Assembly: GCA_035697025.1 (NCBI GenBank)
Contig: DASSDQ010000073.1
Span: 1-54,938, forward strand
Direction of reading: 5' to 3'
From: Erysipelotrichaceae bacterium
Lineage (GTDB): Bacteria > Bacillota_I > Bacilli_A > Erysipelotrichales > Erysipelotrichaceae
DNA length: 54,938 nucleotides
Part shown: positions 20,579 to 31,676 of the stretch, in pieces
Layout: every line of letters begins with the position of its first letter
Position numbering within the stretch: the stretch's first letter is position 1
The notes under the pieces: generated by a model
What the model was told of the DNA's origin: nothing
Database searches by the model: none
Seen by the model: only the letters and a program-made list of their open reading frames with translations
Translations under genes and position numbers: made by a program

Positions 20579-22492
20579 ATGAAAAAAACACTTACGTATA
20601 AACTATTTGAAAACCATTTGCGTGCAGGGACATTAACCCCTGGGCAAGAAATAAGATTACAAGTTAATCAAACCTTAACTCAGGATACGACAGGTACTAT
20701 GGCGTACTTACAATTTTTAGCGATGGATGTTGATAAAGTGAAGACAGATTGTAGTGTAGCCTACATTGATCACAATATGTTACAGACTGGATTTGAAAAT
20801 GCGGATGATCATGCTTTTATTCAATCTGTTGCGCAGAAACATGGAATTATATTTAGTAAACCTGGAGCAGGTATTTGTCATCAGGTTCATTTAGAACGAT
20901 TTGCTAAACCAGGCACAATCCTTTTAGGTTCAGACAGTCATACTCCAACTGCGGGTGGATTAGGTGCGATAGCGATAGGTATGGGTGGTTTGGATGTTGC
21001 GGTCGCAATGGCAACTGGGATGACAACAATCATTATGCCTAAAGTTTATAATATTAAACTTGTAAACAAACCAAACGCAATCATAAATGGTAAAGACATT
21101 ATTCTTAAAGTATTACAAACTCTAAGTGTTACAGGTGGCGTTGGATTTGTGATGGAATATACAGGCGATGGATTAAAGTATTTAAGTGTAACGGATCGCG
21201 CTACCATTTGTAATATGGGGGCAGAACTCGGAGCCACAACTTCAATCTTCCCTAGTGATAAAAACACATACCATTATCTATCCCAACAAGGACGTGCAGA
21301 AGATTATCTTGAATTGTCGGCAGATGATGAAGCGGAATATGATTATACATTAACCATCGATTTAAGCGAGTTAAAACCAATGGTTGCGCAACCACATATG
21401 CCAGATAATGTGGTAGAAGTTAAAGCTGTTCAAGGTTTGAAAGTTGATCAAGTTGCGGTAGGTAGTTGCACAAACTCATCCTATACAGACATGATGAAAG
21501 TTGTCTCAATCTTAAAAGGTAAAACAATTCATCCGGATGTTAGTTTAGTTATTTCTCCAGGTTCCGCAAATATTTTACGATTACTATCCGAAAATGGTGG
21601 TTTATCCACCTTAATCTCTGCGGGAGCTCGTATTCTTGAATCTTCTTGTGGGCCATGTATTGGGATGGGACAAGCGCCACGTTCGAATGGAATATCTGTA
21701 CGCTCATTCAATCGTAACTTTAAAGGTCGCTCAGGTACCGCCAATGCACAAGTGTATTTAGTATCTCCAGAAACAGCTGCCGCATCTGCGCTTATGGGAG
21801 TATTGACCGATCCAAGCGATTTGAACCTAAGCTTTGATATACAAGAACCAGAATCATTTGGTAAAGTAGACGGATACTTTATTTATCCAAGTGATAACCC
21901 ATCATCAATTGAAATCGCATTAGGTCCAAACATTCAACCATTCCCAAAGGCGAACGCATTAGTCGACACATTTACAAATAATGTCGTACTTATCACAAAA
22001 GATAATGTGACAACAGATGATATTGTCCCATCTTATGCTAAACTCTTACCATATCGTTCAAATATCCCTTATTTAGCAGATTATTGTTTCCACGGTGTCG
22101 ATACAGAATTTGTGAATAGAGTTAAAGAATTAAAAGGTGGAATCATTATTGGTGGAGAAAACTATGGTCAAGGTTCTTCACGTGAACATGCGGCGCTTAT
22201 TCCCTTATATCTAGGAATTAAAGCAGTTTTAGCAAAGAGCTATGCACGAATCCATCGATCTAACTTAATCAATGTTGGGATTTTACCACTTGTAATTGAA
22301 TCAACTGATTTTGATTTAAGCGATGAACTTGTATTTAGTAATCTCTTAGAACATGTTCAAAAAGATGAAAACTTTACTGTATTTAATAAGACAAAAAACA
22401 AAGATATCGTAGTTAAGCTAAACGCGACTCCTAGAGAACGTGAAATCTTAATCAAAGGAGGTTATCTTAACTATGCAAAATCATTATCGTGA
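20579..22492 (+). CDS. Aconitate hydratase (short, roughly 640-aa type)
   Basis: GSDSHT, VGSCTNSS and SSCGPCIGMG (three Fe-S cluster cysteines), plus a swivel domain with GENYGQGSSREHAA. Confidence 0.85.
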   Translation: MKKTLTYKLFENHLRAGTLTPGQEIRLQVNQTLTQDTTGTMAYLQFLAMDVDKVKTDCSVAYIDHNMLQTGFENADDHAFIQSVAQKHGIIFSKPGAGICHQVHLERFAKPGTILLGSDSHTPTAGGLGAIAIGMGGLDVAVAMATGMTTIIMPKVYNIKLVNKPNAIINGKDIILKVLQTLSVTGGVGFVMEYTGDGLKYLSVTDRATICNMGAELGATTSIFPSDKNTYHYLSQQGRAEDYLELSADDEAEYDYTLTIDLSELKPMVAQPHMPDNVVEVKAVQGLKVDQVAVGSCTNSSYTDMMKVVSILKGKTIHPDVSLVISPGSANILRLLSENGGLSTLISAGARILESSCGPCIGMGQAPRSNGISVRSFNRNFKGRSGTANAQVYLVSPETAAASALMGVLTDPSDLNLSFDIQEPESFGKVDGYFIYPSDNPSSIEIALGPNIQPFPKANALVDTFTNNVVLITKDNVTTDDIVPSYAKLLPYRSNIPYLADYCFHGVDTEFVNRVKELKGGIIIGGENYGQGSSREHAALIPLYLGIKAVLAKSYARIHRSNLINVGILPLVIESTDFDLSDELVFSNLLEHVQKDENFTVFNKTKNKDIVVKLNATPREREILIKGGYLNYAKSLS

Positions 22493-23522
22493 TGAGATTG
22501 TAGTTACGCTGATTCCAGGCGATGGCATTGGACCTGAAATAACTCAAGCAACTAAAGAAGTGATTCATGCGTTAGATGTAAACATTAAATGGGAAGAACA
22601 TAATGCAGGACTTGCAGTCTATCAAACAAAAGGAATACTTGTTCCAGAAGAAATCTATACAAGTTTTGAAAAGAATAAAGTTGCGCTAAAAGGTCCAATC
22701 ACAACACCGATTGGGACGGGTTTTCGCAGTATCAATGTTGAATTACGTAAACGTTATGACTTATTTGCCTGTGTACGACCAATTCAATCCGTAGGCAAAG
22801 TACCAAGTCATTATCATAATATTGATATTGTACTATTTAGAGAAAACACTGAAGACCTATATATGGGGTTAGAAGAAAAGATAAGTGATGATGAAGCACG
22901 CAGTATAAAAGTAATAACTCGACCTGCAAGTAAAAGAATCGCTCTAGCCGCATTTGATTATGCCATCCAACATAATCGTAAGAAAGTAACTGTTGTCACA
23001 AAGGCGAATATTATGAAGTTGAGTGATGGTTTATTCTTGGATACCGTGCGAGATGTCTCAAAATCCTATCCAAGTATCGAGTTTACTGAAATACTCGTTG
23101 ATAATATGTGCATGCAGATGGTACTAAATCCAAATCAATTTGATGTCATTGTGACTGAGAATCTATATGGAGATATTTTATCTGATTTAGGTGCTGCATT
23201 AGTCGGTGGATTGGGCTTTGTGCCAGGCGCTAATATCGGAGTAGATAAAGCTTTGTTTGAGGCAACCCATGGTTCTGCACCAGATATCGCAGGACTAGGT
23301 ATTGCGAATCCTACCGCAATGTTGTTAAGCGCGAGTTTGATGTTGGATTATCTAAATTATTCCAAAGAAGCTAATTTACTACGATATTCAATCAATAACT
23401 TATATCTCGATAAAGCTAATTTCACTAAAGATATTAAAGGTCCATTAGATACTAAAGCATACACACAAAAATTAATAATGATTATCCAAGAATTAAAAGG
23501 TGAATTCTATGCGAAAAAATAA
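22473..23522 (+). CDS. Isocitrate dehydrogenase (isocitrate/isopropylmalate dehydrogenase family)
   Basis: LIPGDGIGPE, RENTEDLY and TENLYGDILSDL. Substrate is inferred from the flanking aconitase and citrate synthase genes. It overlaps the aconitase gene by 20 nt. Confidence 0.75.
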   Translation: MQNHYRDEIVVTLIPGDGIGPEITQATKEVIHALDVNIKWEEHNAGLAVYQTKGILVPEEIYTSFEKNKVALKGPITTPIGTGFRSINVELRKRYDLFACVRPIQSVGKVPSHYHNIDIVLFRENTEDLYMGLEEKISDDEARSIKVITRPASKRIALAAFDYAIQHNRKKVTVVTKANIMKLSDGLFLDTVRDVSKSYPSIEFTEILVDNMCMQMVLNPNQFDVIVTENLYGDILSDLGAALVGGLGFVPGANIGVDKALFEATHGSAPDIAGLGIANPTAMLLSASLMLDYLNYSKEANLLRYSINNLYLDKANFTKDIKGPLDTKAYTQKLIMIIQELKGEFYAKK

Positions 23523-24864
23523 TGAATTTGATTCCCATTTAGTAGAATGGTCAAAAATCATTGAAGAGAAAAATACGATTGATCCAAAGCTGTACCCTGA
23601 ACATAACATTAAACGTGGTTTACGTAATGAGAATGGGACAGGGGTTTTAGTTGGAATCACACGTGTAGGATCGGTTATTGGGTATCGTAAAGAAAATGAT
23701 AAGAAGATACCAATCGAGGGTCAACTCTACTATCGTGGTTATAATCTATTTGATTTAGTCAAAGGATTTCAAGAAGAGAAGCGTTTAGGGTTCGAAGAAA
23801 CAATCTATCTCTTACTATTTGGTAAATGTCCAAATGCTCAAGAATTAAAAGAATTCAATCAAGCGTTAGAAGACCGTAGAGAACTACCACGTCATTATAA
23901 AGAAGATGTTATTCTCAAAATACCAGCACCGAATATAATGAATAAACTTCAACGCACAGTATTAACACTATACTCATATGATGATAATCCTGATGATATC
24001 AGTGTTGTGAATGTGCTAAGACAATCCATTGACTTAATAGCTAAACTACCATTACTAGCGGCCTACAGCTATCAGGCAAAACGTCATTACTTTAATCATG
24101 ATAGCTTAGTTATCCACACCCCAAAGAAGGGGGTTGGAACAGCAGAGAACTTCTTATACTTAATTCGCCCAGATGGTAAAGTAACCCAAGAAGAAGTTGA
24201 AATACTTGATTTACTCTTAGTCATCCAAGCTGAACATGGTGGGGGAAATAACTCATCGTTCGCGACACATGTGGTTTCATCTACTGGAACAGATACATAT
24301 TCCGCCATTGCGACAGCACTTGGTGCGTTGAAAGGTCCAAAACATGGTGGAGCCAACAAGATGGTCGCCGAAATGTTTAGTGATATAAAAGAACATATAT
24401 CGTTGGATTATACGGAAGAATCATTGAAAGATTACTTAAGAAAGATATTGAAGAAAGAAGCATTTGATAAGAAAGGTTTAATCTACGGATTGGGTCATGC
24501 GGTATATACCTTATCAGATCCTAGAACAATCATCATAAAAGAAAAAGCGTATCAATTAGCGCTTCACAAAAATAGGGTTAAAGAGTATAATCTCTATGCG
24601 GACATTGAACGTTATGGTTGTGCACTTCTAAATGAAAAAGTGAAGAATGATAACAGTATGGCCGCGAATGTAGATTTCTATGCGGGCTTTGTATTAGATA
24701 TGTTAAATATCCCTGAAGATTTGTACACACCAGTCTTTGCGATAAGTCGAATTGCGGGTTGGTCAGCACATCGATTAGAGCAGATTTTAGATGATAAAAT
24801 CATGCGTCCAGCGTATATTACACTGGGCGAAAATCAGTCCTATATTCCACTAAAAAATAGATAG
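23509..24864 (+). CDS. Citrate synthase
   Basis: HGGGNNSS, GPKHGGAN, GLGHAVY and DFYAG motifs. ATG 23509 lies 8 nt after AAAGG. The ORF-track start at 23500 is a GTG. Confidence 0.85.
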   Translation: MRKNNEFDSHLVEWSKIIEEKNTIDPKLYPEHNIKRGLRNENGTGVLVGITRVGSVIGYRKENDKKIPIEGQLYYRGYNLFDLVKGFQEEKRLGFEETIYLLLFGKCPNAQELKEFNQALEDRRELPRHYKEDVILKIPAPNIMNKLQRTVLTLYSYDDNPDDISVVNVLRQSIDLIAKLPLLAAYSYQAKRHYFNHDSLVIHTPKKGVGTAENFLYLIRPDGKVTQEEVEILDLLLVIQAEHGGGNNSSFATHVVSSTGTDTYSAIATALGALKGPKHGGANKMVAEMFSDIKEHISLDYTEESLKDYLRKILKKEAFDKKGLIYGLGHAVYTLSDPRTIIIKEKAYQLALHKNRVKEYNLYADIERYGCALLNEKVKNDNSMAANVDFYAGFVLDMLNIPEDLYTPVFAISRIAGWSAHRLEQILDDKIMRPAYITLGENQSYIPLKNR

Positions 24865-24880
24865 AAAATAAACGAAAAAA

Positions 24881-24905
24881 GCGAGACAAAAATGTCTTGC
24901 TTTTT
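24881..24905 (+). terminator. Rho-independent terminator after citrate synthase
   Basis: GCGAGACA (24881-24888) pairs with TGTCTTGC (24893-24900), followed by T5. Confidence 0.85.
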
Positions 24906-24925
24906 GTTTGACAGAGCTGTATAAT
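24897..24925 (+). promoter_or_regulatory. Candidate S10 operon promoter
   Basis: -10 TATAAT at 24920-24925 preceded by TG. Weak -35 TTGCTT at 24897-24902 with a 17-nt spacer. It is followed by a roughly 130-nt untranslated leader. Confidence 0.4.
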
Positions 24926-25057
24926 ATTGAAGCGCACGCAATGACGTCCGAGGTTACTGACACACTGATAAGCGTTGTCATGATTGGTGAGAAGTCAGAG
25001 AATTCAGACTGAGCGATTGGGTTTAACCCTGAGGCGACAAGAAATAGGAGGATTTTC

Positions 25058-25369
25058 ATGGCAAAGAATAGTATTCGTATTCGTCTTAAAGCTTATGAAC
25101 ACAGATCATTAGATGCTGCTACTAAAAAAATTGTAGATGCTGCAAATGACTTTGGTTCAAAGAAAGTTATTGGACCGGTTCCACTACCTACCGAAAAACA
25201 AGTAGTTACAGTATTACGCGCGGTTCACAAATATAAAGATTCGCGTGAACAATTCGAAGTTCGTACCCACAAACGTTTAATCGAAATCGTTGGGCCTTCA
25301 GCGGCTACAATTGATGCATTAAGTCGTTTAGAATTACCAAGTGGCGTCGATATCGAAATTAAGCTATAG
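25058..25369 (+). CDS. rpsJ: 30S ribosomal protein S10
   Basis: [12 protein letters not shown] motif. First gene of a canonical S10 operon. AGGAGG RBS. Confidence 0.97.
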   Translation: MAKNSIRIRLKAYEHRSLDAATKKIVDAANDFGSKKVIGPVPLPTEKQVVTVLRAVHKYKDSREQFEVRTHKRLIEIVGPSAATIDALSRLELPSGVDIEIKL

Positions 25370-25386
25370 TTAGGAGCTCAAAAATC

Positions 25387-26082
25387 ATGAAAGGACTATT
25401 AGGAAGAAAACTCGGTATGACGCAAGTCTTTACTACTGACGGAACATTGATTCCAGTAACAGTATTAGAAGTATTGCCGAATGTCGTTCTTCAGAAGAAA
25501 ACAAAATTAACAGATGGTTACGTTGCACTTCAATTAGGTTATCAAGATGTATTACCTCAACGTGCTAACAAGCCATTAGTCGGACATGTCGCAAAAGCTA
25601 ACACAAGCCCTAAAAAATTCATCAGAGAAATTCGTTCGGAAGAAATGAGTCAATATGAAGTAGGTGCCGTGATTAAAGCTGATCTATTCCAAGCAGGAGA
25701 GATGGTCGATATTTCAGGCACATCAAAAGGGAAGGGATTCATGGGTGCGGTTTATCGTAATAACCAAACTACAGGTCCTAACTCACACGGTTCAGGATTC
25801 CACCGTAGCCCTGGTTCATTAGCAACCATCGGTCGTAATAACGGGATCATTAATAAAGGACGAATCATGGCAGGTCATGAAGGTGCATTATCTACTACAA
25901 ACCAAAACTTAGAAGTTATTTTGGTAGATACAGATAAGAACGTTCTATTGGTAAAAGGAAATGTTCCTGGAGCAAGACGCGGATTCGTAGTTATTAAATC
26001 AACAGTTAAATCAGTTAAATCTGTAAAAGCTAGAGAAATTCTAGTTCGTACAGCTAAAGTAGAAGAAGTTAAGGAGGACTAA
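25387..26082 (+). CDS. rplC: 50S ribosomal protein L3
   Basis: MKGLLGRKLGMTQVF and GTSKGKGF. Gene order. Confidence 0.97.
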   Translation: MKGLLGRKLGMTQVFTTDGTLIPVTVLEVLPNVVLQKKTKLTDGYVALQLGYQDVLPQRANKPLVGHVAKANTSPKKFIREIRSEEMSQYEVGAVIKADLFQAGEMVDISGTSKGKGFMGAVYRNNQTTGPNSHGSGFHRSPGSLATIGRNNGIINKGRIMAGHEGALSTTNQNLEVILVDTDKNVLLVKGNVPGARRGFVVIKSTVKSVKSVKAREILVRTAKVEEVKED

Positions 26083-26085
26083 GCC

Positions 26086-26715
26086 ATGCCACAAATCACA
26101 GTATTAAATCAAGAAGGCAAGGCCCTTCATTCAATTGACCTAGCGGATGTGGTATTCGGTATTGAACCTAACCAACAAGCAATCTTTGACACAGTATTAA
26201 TGCAAAGAGCTTCCATGCGTCAAGGGACACATGATGTTAAGACACGTCGCGAAGTTCGCGGTGGTGGTCGTAAACCATGGCGTCAAAAAGGAACTGGACG
26301 TGCGCGTCAAGGTTCTATCCGTTCTCCACAATGGAGAGGCGGGGGGATTGCATTCGGTCCTACTCCACGTTCATACGCATACCGTATTAACCGTAAAGTA
26401 AGACGTTTAGCAGTTCGTTCTGTATTATCAGAAAAATTCATTGAAAATGCGATTGTAGTTGTTGATCAAATCAAATTCGAAGCACCTAAGACAAAGAATT
26501 TCTTAAATGTTTACAGTGCTCTAAGTTTAAGCCGTAAGACATTGTTTGTATTCGACGCTAATGAAGACTGGGATAATGTTTATCTATCAATGAGAAACAT
26601 TCCTGATGCTATCTTCACAACAGTTGAAGGATTGAACATGTTTGACATGATGCGTGCTACAAAGATCGTCTTCACAGAAGCGGCTGTTAAAACCGCTGGG
26701 GAGGTATTAGCCTAA
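26086..26715 (+). CDS. rplD: 50S ribosomal protein L4
   Basis: [29 protein letters not shown]. Confidence 0.97.
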   Translation: MPQITVLNQEGKALHSIDLADVVFGIEPNQQAIFDTVLMQRASMRQGTHDVKTRREVRGGGRKPWRQKGTGRARQGSIRSPQWRGGGIAFGPTPRSYAYRINRKVRRLAVRSVLSEKFIENAIVVVDQIKFEAPKTKNFLNVYSALSLSRKTLFVFDANEDWDNVYLSMRNIPDAIFTTVEGLNMFDMMRATKIVFTEAAVKTAGEVLA

Positions 26716-26996
26716 TGTCTAACGCAAGAGACATCATCGTGCGTCCACTCATTACTGAAAAGACCATGAAATTACAAGATGCAGATAATAAAGTTACATT
26801 CGAAGTTGCAAGAGGTTCAAACAAAACTCAAGTTAAAATTGCAATCGAAGAAATCTTCAATGTAAAAGTTGAAAAAGTTAACATTCTTAACTGCCGCCCT
26901 AAAGCAAAACGTGTTGGTAAATACGCTGGTACTACAAGTGCTGTACGTAAAGCAATCGTTAAATTAGCTGCTGGACATAAGATTAACTTAATTTAG
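26715..26996 (+). CDS. rplW: 50S ribosomal protein L23
   Basis: The protein is L23-like. TAATG overlap with rplD. Confidence 0.95.
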   Translation: MSNARDIIVRPLITEKTMKLQDADNKVTFEVARGSNKTQVKIAIEEIFNVKVEKVNILNCRPKAKRVGKYAGTTSAVRKAIVKLAAGHKINLI

Positions 26997-27060
26997 TTAG
27001 TCTTCACACAACGGAAGAAATTACGCTATTTCCGTAAATACCCGCGTAAGGAGGAAACAC

Positions 27061-27894
27061 ATGGCGATTAAAAAGTATAAGCCGACCACGCCTGGTCGCC
27101 GTGGCATGACAACTTTGGTGTTTGATGAAATTACAACAAACAAACCAGAGCGTTCATTGCTACAATCCCTTGGTAAAGAGGGTGGCCGTAATAACAACGG
27201 TCGTATAACAACACGTCACCAAGGTGGCGGTCACAAAAGACTCTATCGTATTATCGATTTCAAACGTAACAAGGACATCATTATTGCTAAAGTAGCAACT
27301 ATTGAGTACGATCCTAACCGTTCATCAAATATCGCATTATTAAATTACGCAGATGGTGAAAAACGCTACATCTTAGCTCCTAAAGGTTTAACTGTAGGGA
27401 TGGAAGTTGTAAGTGGAAAAACTACTGACGTTAAAGTTGGGAATGCAATGGAATTGGGCTCAATGCCTGATGGTACTGTCATTCATAACGTAGAATTAAA
27501 ACCTGGTAAGGGTGGACAGATAGCACGTTCTGCTGGTGTCAGTGCTCAAATCCTAGGTCAAGAAGGTCGTTATTCAATCATTCGCTTAGCGAGTGGTGAA
27601 GTACGTCGTATCTTGAGCAATTGCCGTGCAACCGTTGGTGTTGTAGGTAATGAAGACCACAGCTTAGTCAATTATGGTAAAGCTGGTCGTATGCGTTGGT
27701 TGGGTGTTCGCCCGACTGTCCGTGGATCAGTAATGAACCCAGTTGACCATCCACACGGTGGTGGTGAAGGTAAGAACCCAATCGGTCATACCGCACCAAT
27801 GACACCTTGGGGTAAAAAAGCATTGGGTGCTAAAACTCGTAAGAAAAAACAAGCGTCTACTAAATTAATCGTAAGACGTCGTAATGACAAGTAG
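27061..27894 (+). CDS. rplB: 50S ribosomal protein L2
   Basis: [15 protein letters not shown] and [14 protein letters not shown]. Confidence 0.97.
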   Translation: MAIKKYKPTTPGRRGMTTLVFDEITTNKPERSLLQSLGKEGGRNNNGRITTRHQGGGHKRLYRIIDFKRNKDIIIAKVATIEYDPNRSSNIALLNYADGEKRYILAPKGLTVGMEVVSGKTTDVKVGNAMELGSMPDGTVIHNVELKPGKGGQIARSAGVSAQILGQEGRYSIIRLASGEVRRILSNCRATVGVVGNEDHSLVNYGKAGRMRWLGVRPTVRGSVMNPVDHPHGGGEGKNPIGHTAPMTPWGKKALGAKTRKKKQASTKLIVRRRNDK

Positions 27895-27908
27895 GAAAGG
27901 AGAAACAC

Positions 27909-28187
27909 ATGAGTCGTAGTTTAAAAAAGGGTCCGTTCGTTGATGACCACTTGATGAAGAAAGTGGAAAAACTGAACGCGGCAAGCAAAAGAGAAGTAAT
28001 TAAAACCTGGTCTCGTCGTTCCACCATTTTCCCTGAATTTGTCGAACACACATTTGCGGTTTATAACGGTAAAGAACACGTTCCAGTCTATGTAACTGAA
28101 GATATGGTTGGTCACAAACTTGGTGAGTTTGTTCCAACACGTAAATACGGTGGACATGGTTCAGATGATAAGAAGGCGGGTAAATAA
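27909..28187 (+). CDS. rpsS: 30S ribosomal protein S19
   Basis: [12 protein letters not shown] and GHKLGEF. Confidence 0.97.
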   Translation: MSRSLKKGPFVDDHLMKKVEKLNAASKREVIKTWSRRSTIFPEFVEHTFAVYNGKEHVPVYVTEDMVGHKLGEFVPTRKYGGHGSDDKKAGK

Positions 28188-28525
28188 TGATGGATGTTAA
28201 AGCAACAGCAAAGACACTTCGTGTCCCACCGCGTAAAGCTAGACTTGTCCTCGATTTAGTTCGCGGCAAGAATATTAAGGAAGCAGCTGCTATCCTTAAG
28301 TTCACTCCTACCAGTGCATCAGATGCAATTGGTAAAGTATTAAAATCAGCGATTGCTAACGCTGTAAACAATCACCAACTAGCAGAAGAAAAATTATATG
28401 TTAAAGCATGTTACGCTGATGAAGGTGTTGTATTGAAACGTTTTATGCCTCGTGCTAAAGGTTCTGCAACTCAAATCTTGAAACGTACAAGTCATATTAC
28501 AGTCGTTGTGGCTGAGAGAAACTAG
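28187..28525 (+). CDS. rplV: 50S ribosomal protein L22
   Basis: [17 protein letters not shown]. 1-nt overlap with the rpsS stop codon. Confidence 0.95.
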   Translation: MMDVKATAKTLRVPPRKARLVLDLVRGKNIKEAAAILKFTPTSASDAIGKVLKSAIANAVNNHQLAEEKLYVKACYADEGVVLKRFMPRAKGSATQILKRTSHITVVVAERN

Positions 28526-28536
28526 GAGGAACGATC

Positions 28537-29316
28537 ATGGGTCAAAAAGTAAGTCCGATAGGATTACGCGTTGGGATTATCCGCGATTGGGAATCCCGTT
28601 GGTACGCTGAAAAAGAATACGGAGCATTGCTTCAAGAAGATATTAAAATTCGTGAATTCCTAAGTAAACGTTTGAAGAAAGCGTCTATCTCAAGAATTGA
28701 AATCGAACGTTCAAAACACCGTGTCGAAATTATTATCCGTGCTGGTAAGGCTGGAGAAATCATTGGACAAGATGGTAAAGAAGTTGAAGCTTTAAAAGTT
28801 GATTTAGCTAAAATCGTTGGCGACAAAACAGTTAAGATTACAGTCTTAGCGGTTGCTAATCCAAGTTTGGATGCAACTCTTGTTGCTCGTTTGATTGCTG
28901 ATCAATTAGAAGCTCGCGCATCTTTCAGAACTGCACAAAAACGTGCAATTCAACAATGTATGCGTGCAGGTGCTAAGGGTGTTAAAACTCTTGTATCTGG
29001 TCGTTTAGGTGGTAATGATATTGCTCGTAGCGAAGGTTATTCCGAAGGTGTAGTTCCTCTACATACTTTACGTTCTGATATCGATTACTCTCATGCAGAA
29101 GCTGCTACTACTTATGGTCGTCTAGGCGTTAAAGTCTGGATTTGCCGTGGAGAAGTATTACCTGGTCAAATGGTTCAAGAACCTGAAGCACCTAAGGAAC
29201 AAGCTCGTGATCGTAAACCTCGTCGTGACAACAACCGTCGCAATGATCGTCCTGATACACGTAAAGCTGCTCCAGCTACTGCTACTGAAGCTGTAAAAGA
29301 GGAGGGCGCTGAATAA
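28537..29316 (+). CDS. rpsC: 30S ribosomal protein S3 (with a basic, low-complexity C-terminal tail)
   Basis: [13 protein letters not shown] and a KH domain. The C-terminal roughly 45 aa are rich in R, D, N and P. Confidence 0.97.
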   Translation: MGQKVSPIGLRVGIIRDWESRWYAEKEYGALLQEDIKIREFLSKRLKKASISRIEIERSKHRVEIIIRAGKAGEIIGQDGKEVEALKVDLAKIVGDKTVKITVLAVANPSLDATLVARLIADQLEARASFRTAQKRAIQQCMRAGAKGVKTLVSGRLGGNDIARSEGYSEGVVPLHTLRSDIDYSHAEAATTYGRLGVKVWICRGEVLPGQMVQEPEAPKEQARDRKPRRDNNRRNDRPDTRKAAPATATEAVKEEGAE

Positions 29317-29735
29317 TGTTGATGCCTAATCGTACAAAATTTAGAAGACCTCACCGTGTTAGTCATGAAGGTCGTTCTAAAGCAGGTCGTGCAGTTGTGT
29401 TTGGTGAATACGGTATTGTTGCTGAATCTGGCGCATACGTAAGTAACCGTCAAATCGAATCAGCACGTATTGCAATTACACGTTATATGAAACGTGGTGG
29501 TCAAGTTTGGATCAAAATATTCCCACACTTGGCAATCACTAAAAAACCACTCGAAGTACGTATGGGTAGTGGTAAGGGTGCTCCAGAAGGTTGGGTAGCA
29601 GTTGTTCAACCTGGACGTATCTTGTTTGAAGTTGGTGGAGTGAGTGAAGAAGTAGCACGTGAAGCATTACGTCTAGGTTCTCACAAACTATCCGTCAAAA
29701 CCCGTTTCGTTAAGAAAGGCGAGGAGAATCTATAA
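29316..29735 (+). CDS. rplP: 50S ribosomal protein L16
   Basis: [14 protein letters not shown] and RMGSGKG. Confidence 0.97.
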   Translation: MLMPNRTKFRRPHRVSHEGRSKAGRAVVFGEYGIVAESGAYVSNRQIESARIAITRYMKRGGQVWIKIFPHLAITKKPLEVRMGSGKGAPEGWVAVVQPGRILFEVGGVSEEVAREALRLGSHKLSVKTRFVKKGEENL

Positions 29736-29932
29736 TGAGAAACGACATTCGTGAAAAAAGCAATGTTGAATTGCTAAAAGAAATCGATTCCTTAAAAGAA
29801 GAGTTATTCACCCTACGCTTTCAAAAGGCTACGGGCCAATTAAGTAACTTTGGTCGTATGAAAGAAATTCGTAAGACTATTGCGAGAATCAAAACAGTCA
29901 TCACTGAGCGCGAACTCAGTGAGAAGAAATAG
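29735..29932 (+). CDS. rpmC: 50S ribosomal protein L29
   Basis: 65 aa. [14 protein letters not shown]. Confidence 0.95.
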   Translation: MRNDIREKSNVELLKEIDSLKEELFTLRFQKATGQLSNFGRMKEIRKTIARIKTVITERELSEKK

Positions 29933-29945
29933 GAGGGCAGAAACG

Positions 29946-30206
29946 ATGGAAAGAACAAGTCGTAAAGTATATCGTGGAACAGTCGTTTCCGATAAAATGG
30001 ATAAGACAATTGTTGTTGAAGTTAACACTTCCAAACGTCACCCTTTATACGCTAAACGCGTTAAGTATTCGAAGAAATTCAAGGCTCATGACGAACTAAA
30101 CCAAGCTGTGATCGGTGATGTAGTAGAAATTATGGAAACCCGTAAACTATCTGCAACTAAGAACTTCCGCTTGCTTAAGGTCGTACAAAAAGCCGTTGTG
30201 TTGTAG
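29946..30206 (+). CDS. rpsQ: 30S ribosomal protein S17
   Basis: [30 protein letters not shown] lies upstream of ATG 29946. The ORF-track extension back to 29880 overlaps rpmC and was rejected. Confidence 0.95.
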   Translation: MERTSRKVYRGTVVSDKMDKTIVVEVNTSKRHPLYAKRVKYSKKFKAHDELNQAVIGDVVEIMETRKLSATKNFRLLKVVQKAVVL

Positions 30207-30217
30207 GAGGCCAAATC

Positions 30218-30586
30218 ATGATTCAAAATGAAACAAGATGTAAAGTTGCTGATAACACAGGGGCTAAGGAAGTATTGGTTATTCGATGCTTAGGAGGTTC
30301 TCGTCGTAGAACTTCTAGTATTGGTGATGTTGTGGTGTGCACCGTAAAGGAAGCAACACCAGGCGGATCTGTTAAAAAAGGTGAAGTTGTTAAAGCGGTA
30401 GTAGTTCGTACAGTGTACGGCGTACGTCGTGAAAACGGAACTTATATTAAATTTGATGACAATGCTGTTGTAATTATTAAAGAAGATTTAACCCCAAAGG
30501 GTACACGTATTTTTGGACCAGTTGCGCGTGAACTTCGTGAGAAAAATTTCATGAAGATTGTATCGTTAGCACCTGAAGTCTTATAG
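30218..30586 (+). CDS. rplN: 50S ribosomal protein L14
   Basis: [17 protein letters not shown]. Confidence 0.97.
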   Translation: MIQNETRCKVADNTGAKEVLVIRCLGGSRRRTSSIGDVVVCTVKEATPGGSVKKGEVVKAVVVRTVYGVRRENGTYIKFDDNAVVIIKEDLTPKGTRIFGPVARELREKNFMKIVSLAPEVL

Positions 30587-30598
30587 GGAGGAAGCTCA

Positions 30599-30910
30599 AT
30601 GAAAATTAAAAAAGGCGATAAAGTCAAAGTCATTACTGGCGATGACAAAGGAACCGTTGGTGAAGTTCTAAAAGCTTTCCCTAAGGAAGACAAGGTTATT
30701 GTTGAAGGCGTTAAGCTTGTTAAAAAGTCATTAAAGCCAACACAAGCCAATCCAGACGGTGGTATGGTTGAAAAAGAATCTAAGGTTCATGTTTCAAACG
30801 TAGTAATCTTCGAAGAGAAAGCAAAAAAAGCTACAAAAGCCAAAAAGGCTCCTGCTAAAAAAGCAGAAGAAAAGAAACCGCGTGCTAAAAAAGCAGCGGT
30901 TAAGGAATAG
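30599..30910 (+). CDS. rplX: 50S ribosomal protein L24 (Lys/Ala-rich C-terminal tail)
   Basis: [18 protein letters not shown] (KOW motif). C-terminal tail [30 protein letters not shown]. Confidence 0.95.
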   Translation: MKIKKGDKVKVITGDDKGTVGEVLKAFPKEDKVIVEGVKLVKKSLKPTQANPDGGMVEKESKVHVSNVVIFEEKAKKATKAKKAPAKKAEEKKPRAKKAAVKE

Positions 30911-30919
30911 GAGGGCACC

Positions 30920-31462
30920 ATGAATCGTTTACAAGAAAAGTACACAACAGTAGTGGTTCCTGCTTTAATGAAGGAATTCGAATATTCCTCAGTTATGCAG
31001 GCTCCTAAAGTCGAAAAGATTGTTATTAATATGGGTATCGGTGACGCGATCGCTAATGCTAAGGCATTGGAAGAAGCAGTTGCTGAATTAACTCAATTAT
31101 CAGGTCAAAAGCCTGTTATTACAAAAGCGAAGAAATCCATCGCGAACTTCAAACTTCGTGAAGGAATGGATATCGGATGTAAGGTTACATTAAGAGGCGT
31201 TAAGATGTATGAGTTCTTAGACAAACTTGTTAACATCGCTCTTCCTCGCGTTCGTGACTTCCGTGGTGTAAGTGCTAATGCCTTTGATGGTCGTGGTAAC
31301 TATACTTTAGGGGTTAAAGAACAATTAATTTTCCCTGAAATTAACTTTGATAAAGTCAACCGTGTACGCGGTATGGATATCGTCATCGTAACATCCGCTA
31401 AGACAAACGCGGAAGGTCGTGCCCTACTAAAAGGTTTAGGCATGCCATTTGAAAAGAAATAA
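30920..31462 (+). CDS. rplE: 50S ribosomal protein L5
   Basis: The protein is L5-like (NRLQEKY...PRVRDFRG). Confidence 0.97.
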   Translation: MNRLQEKYTTVVVPALMKEFEYSSVMQAPKVEKIVINMGIGDAIANAKALEEAVAELTQLSGQKPVITKAKKSIANFKLREGMDIGCKVTLRGVKMYEFLDKLVNIALPRVRDFRGVSANAFDGRGNYTLGVKEQLIFPEINFDKVNRVRGMDIVIVTSAKTNAEGRALLKGLGMPFEKK

Positions 31463-31476
31463 GGAGGACATGAATC

Positions 31477-31662
31477 ATGGCAAAAACATCATTAATTGTT
31501 AAGGCACATCGTCCTCAAAAGTTCAAAGTCCGTGAATACACTCGCTGCGAACGTTGTGGACGTCCACATTCAGTATTACAAAAATACAAACTATGCCGTA
31601 TTTGTTTCAGAGAATTGGCTTATAAAGGTCAAATTCCTGGAGTCAAAAAGGCTAGTTGGTAG
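31477..31662 (+). CDS. rpsN: 30S ribosomal protein S14, type Z (zinc-binding, 61 aa)
   Basis: CERCGRPH...CRICFRE (CxxC...CxxC). Confidence 0.95.
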   Translation: MAKTSLIVKAHRPQKFKVREYTRCERCGRPHSVLQKYKLCRICFRELAYKGQIPGVKKASW

Positions 31663-31676
31663 GAAGGAGAACACCC

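Noticed and set aside
24908-24925. An apparent consensus TTGACA (24908-24913) next to TATAAT (24920-24925).
   Set aside because: The spacer is only 6 nt, so the two hexamers cannot act as a -35/-10 pair. The -10 was kept with the weaker -35, TTGCTT, at the correct 17-nt spacing.
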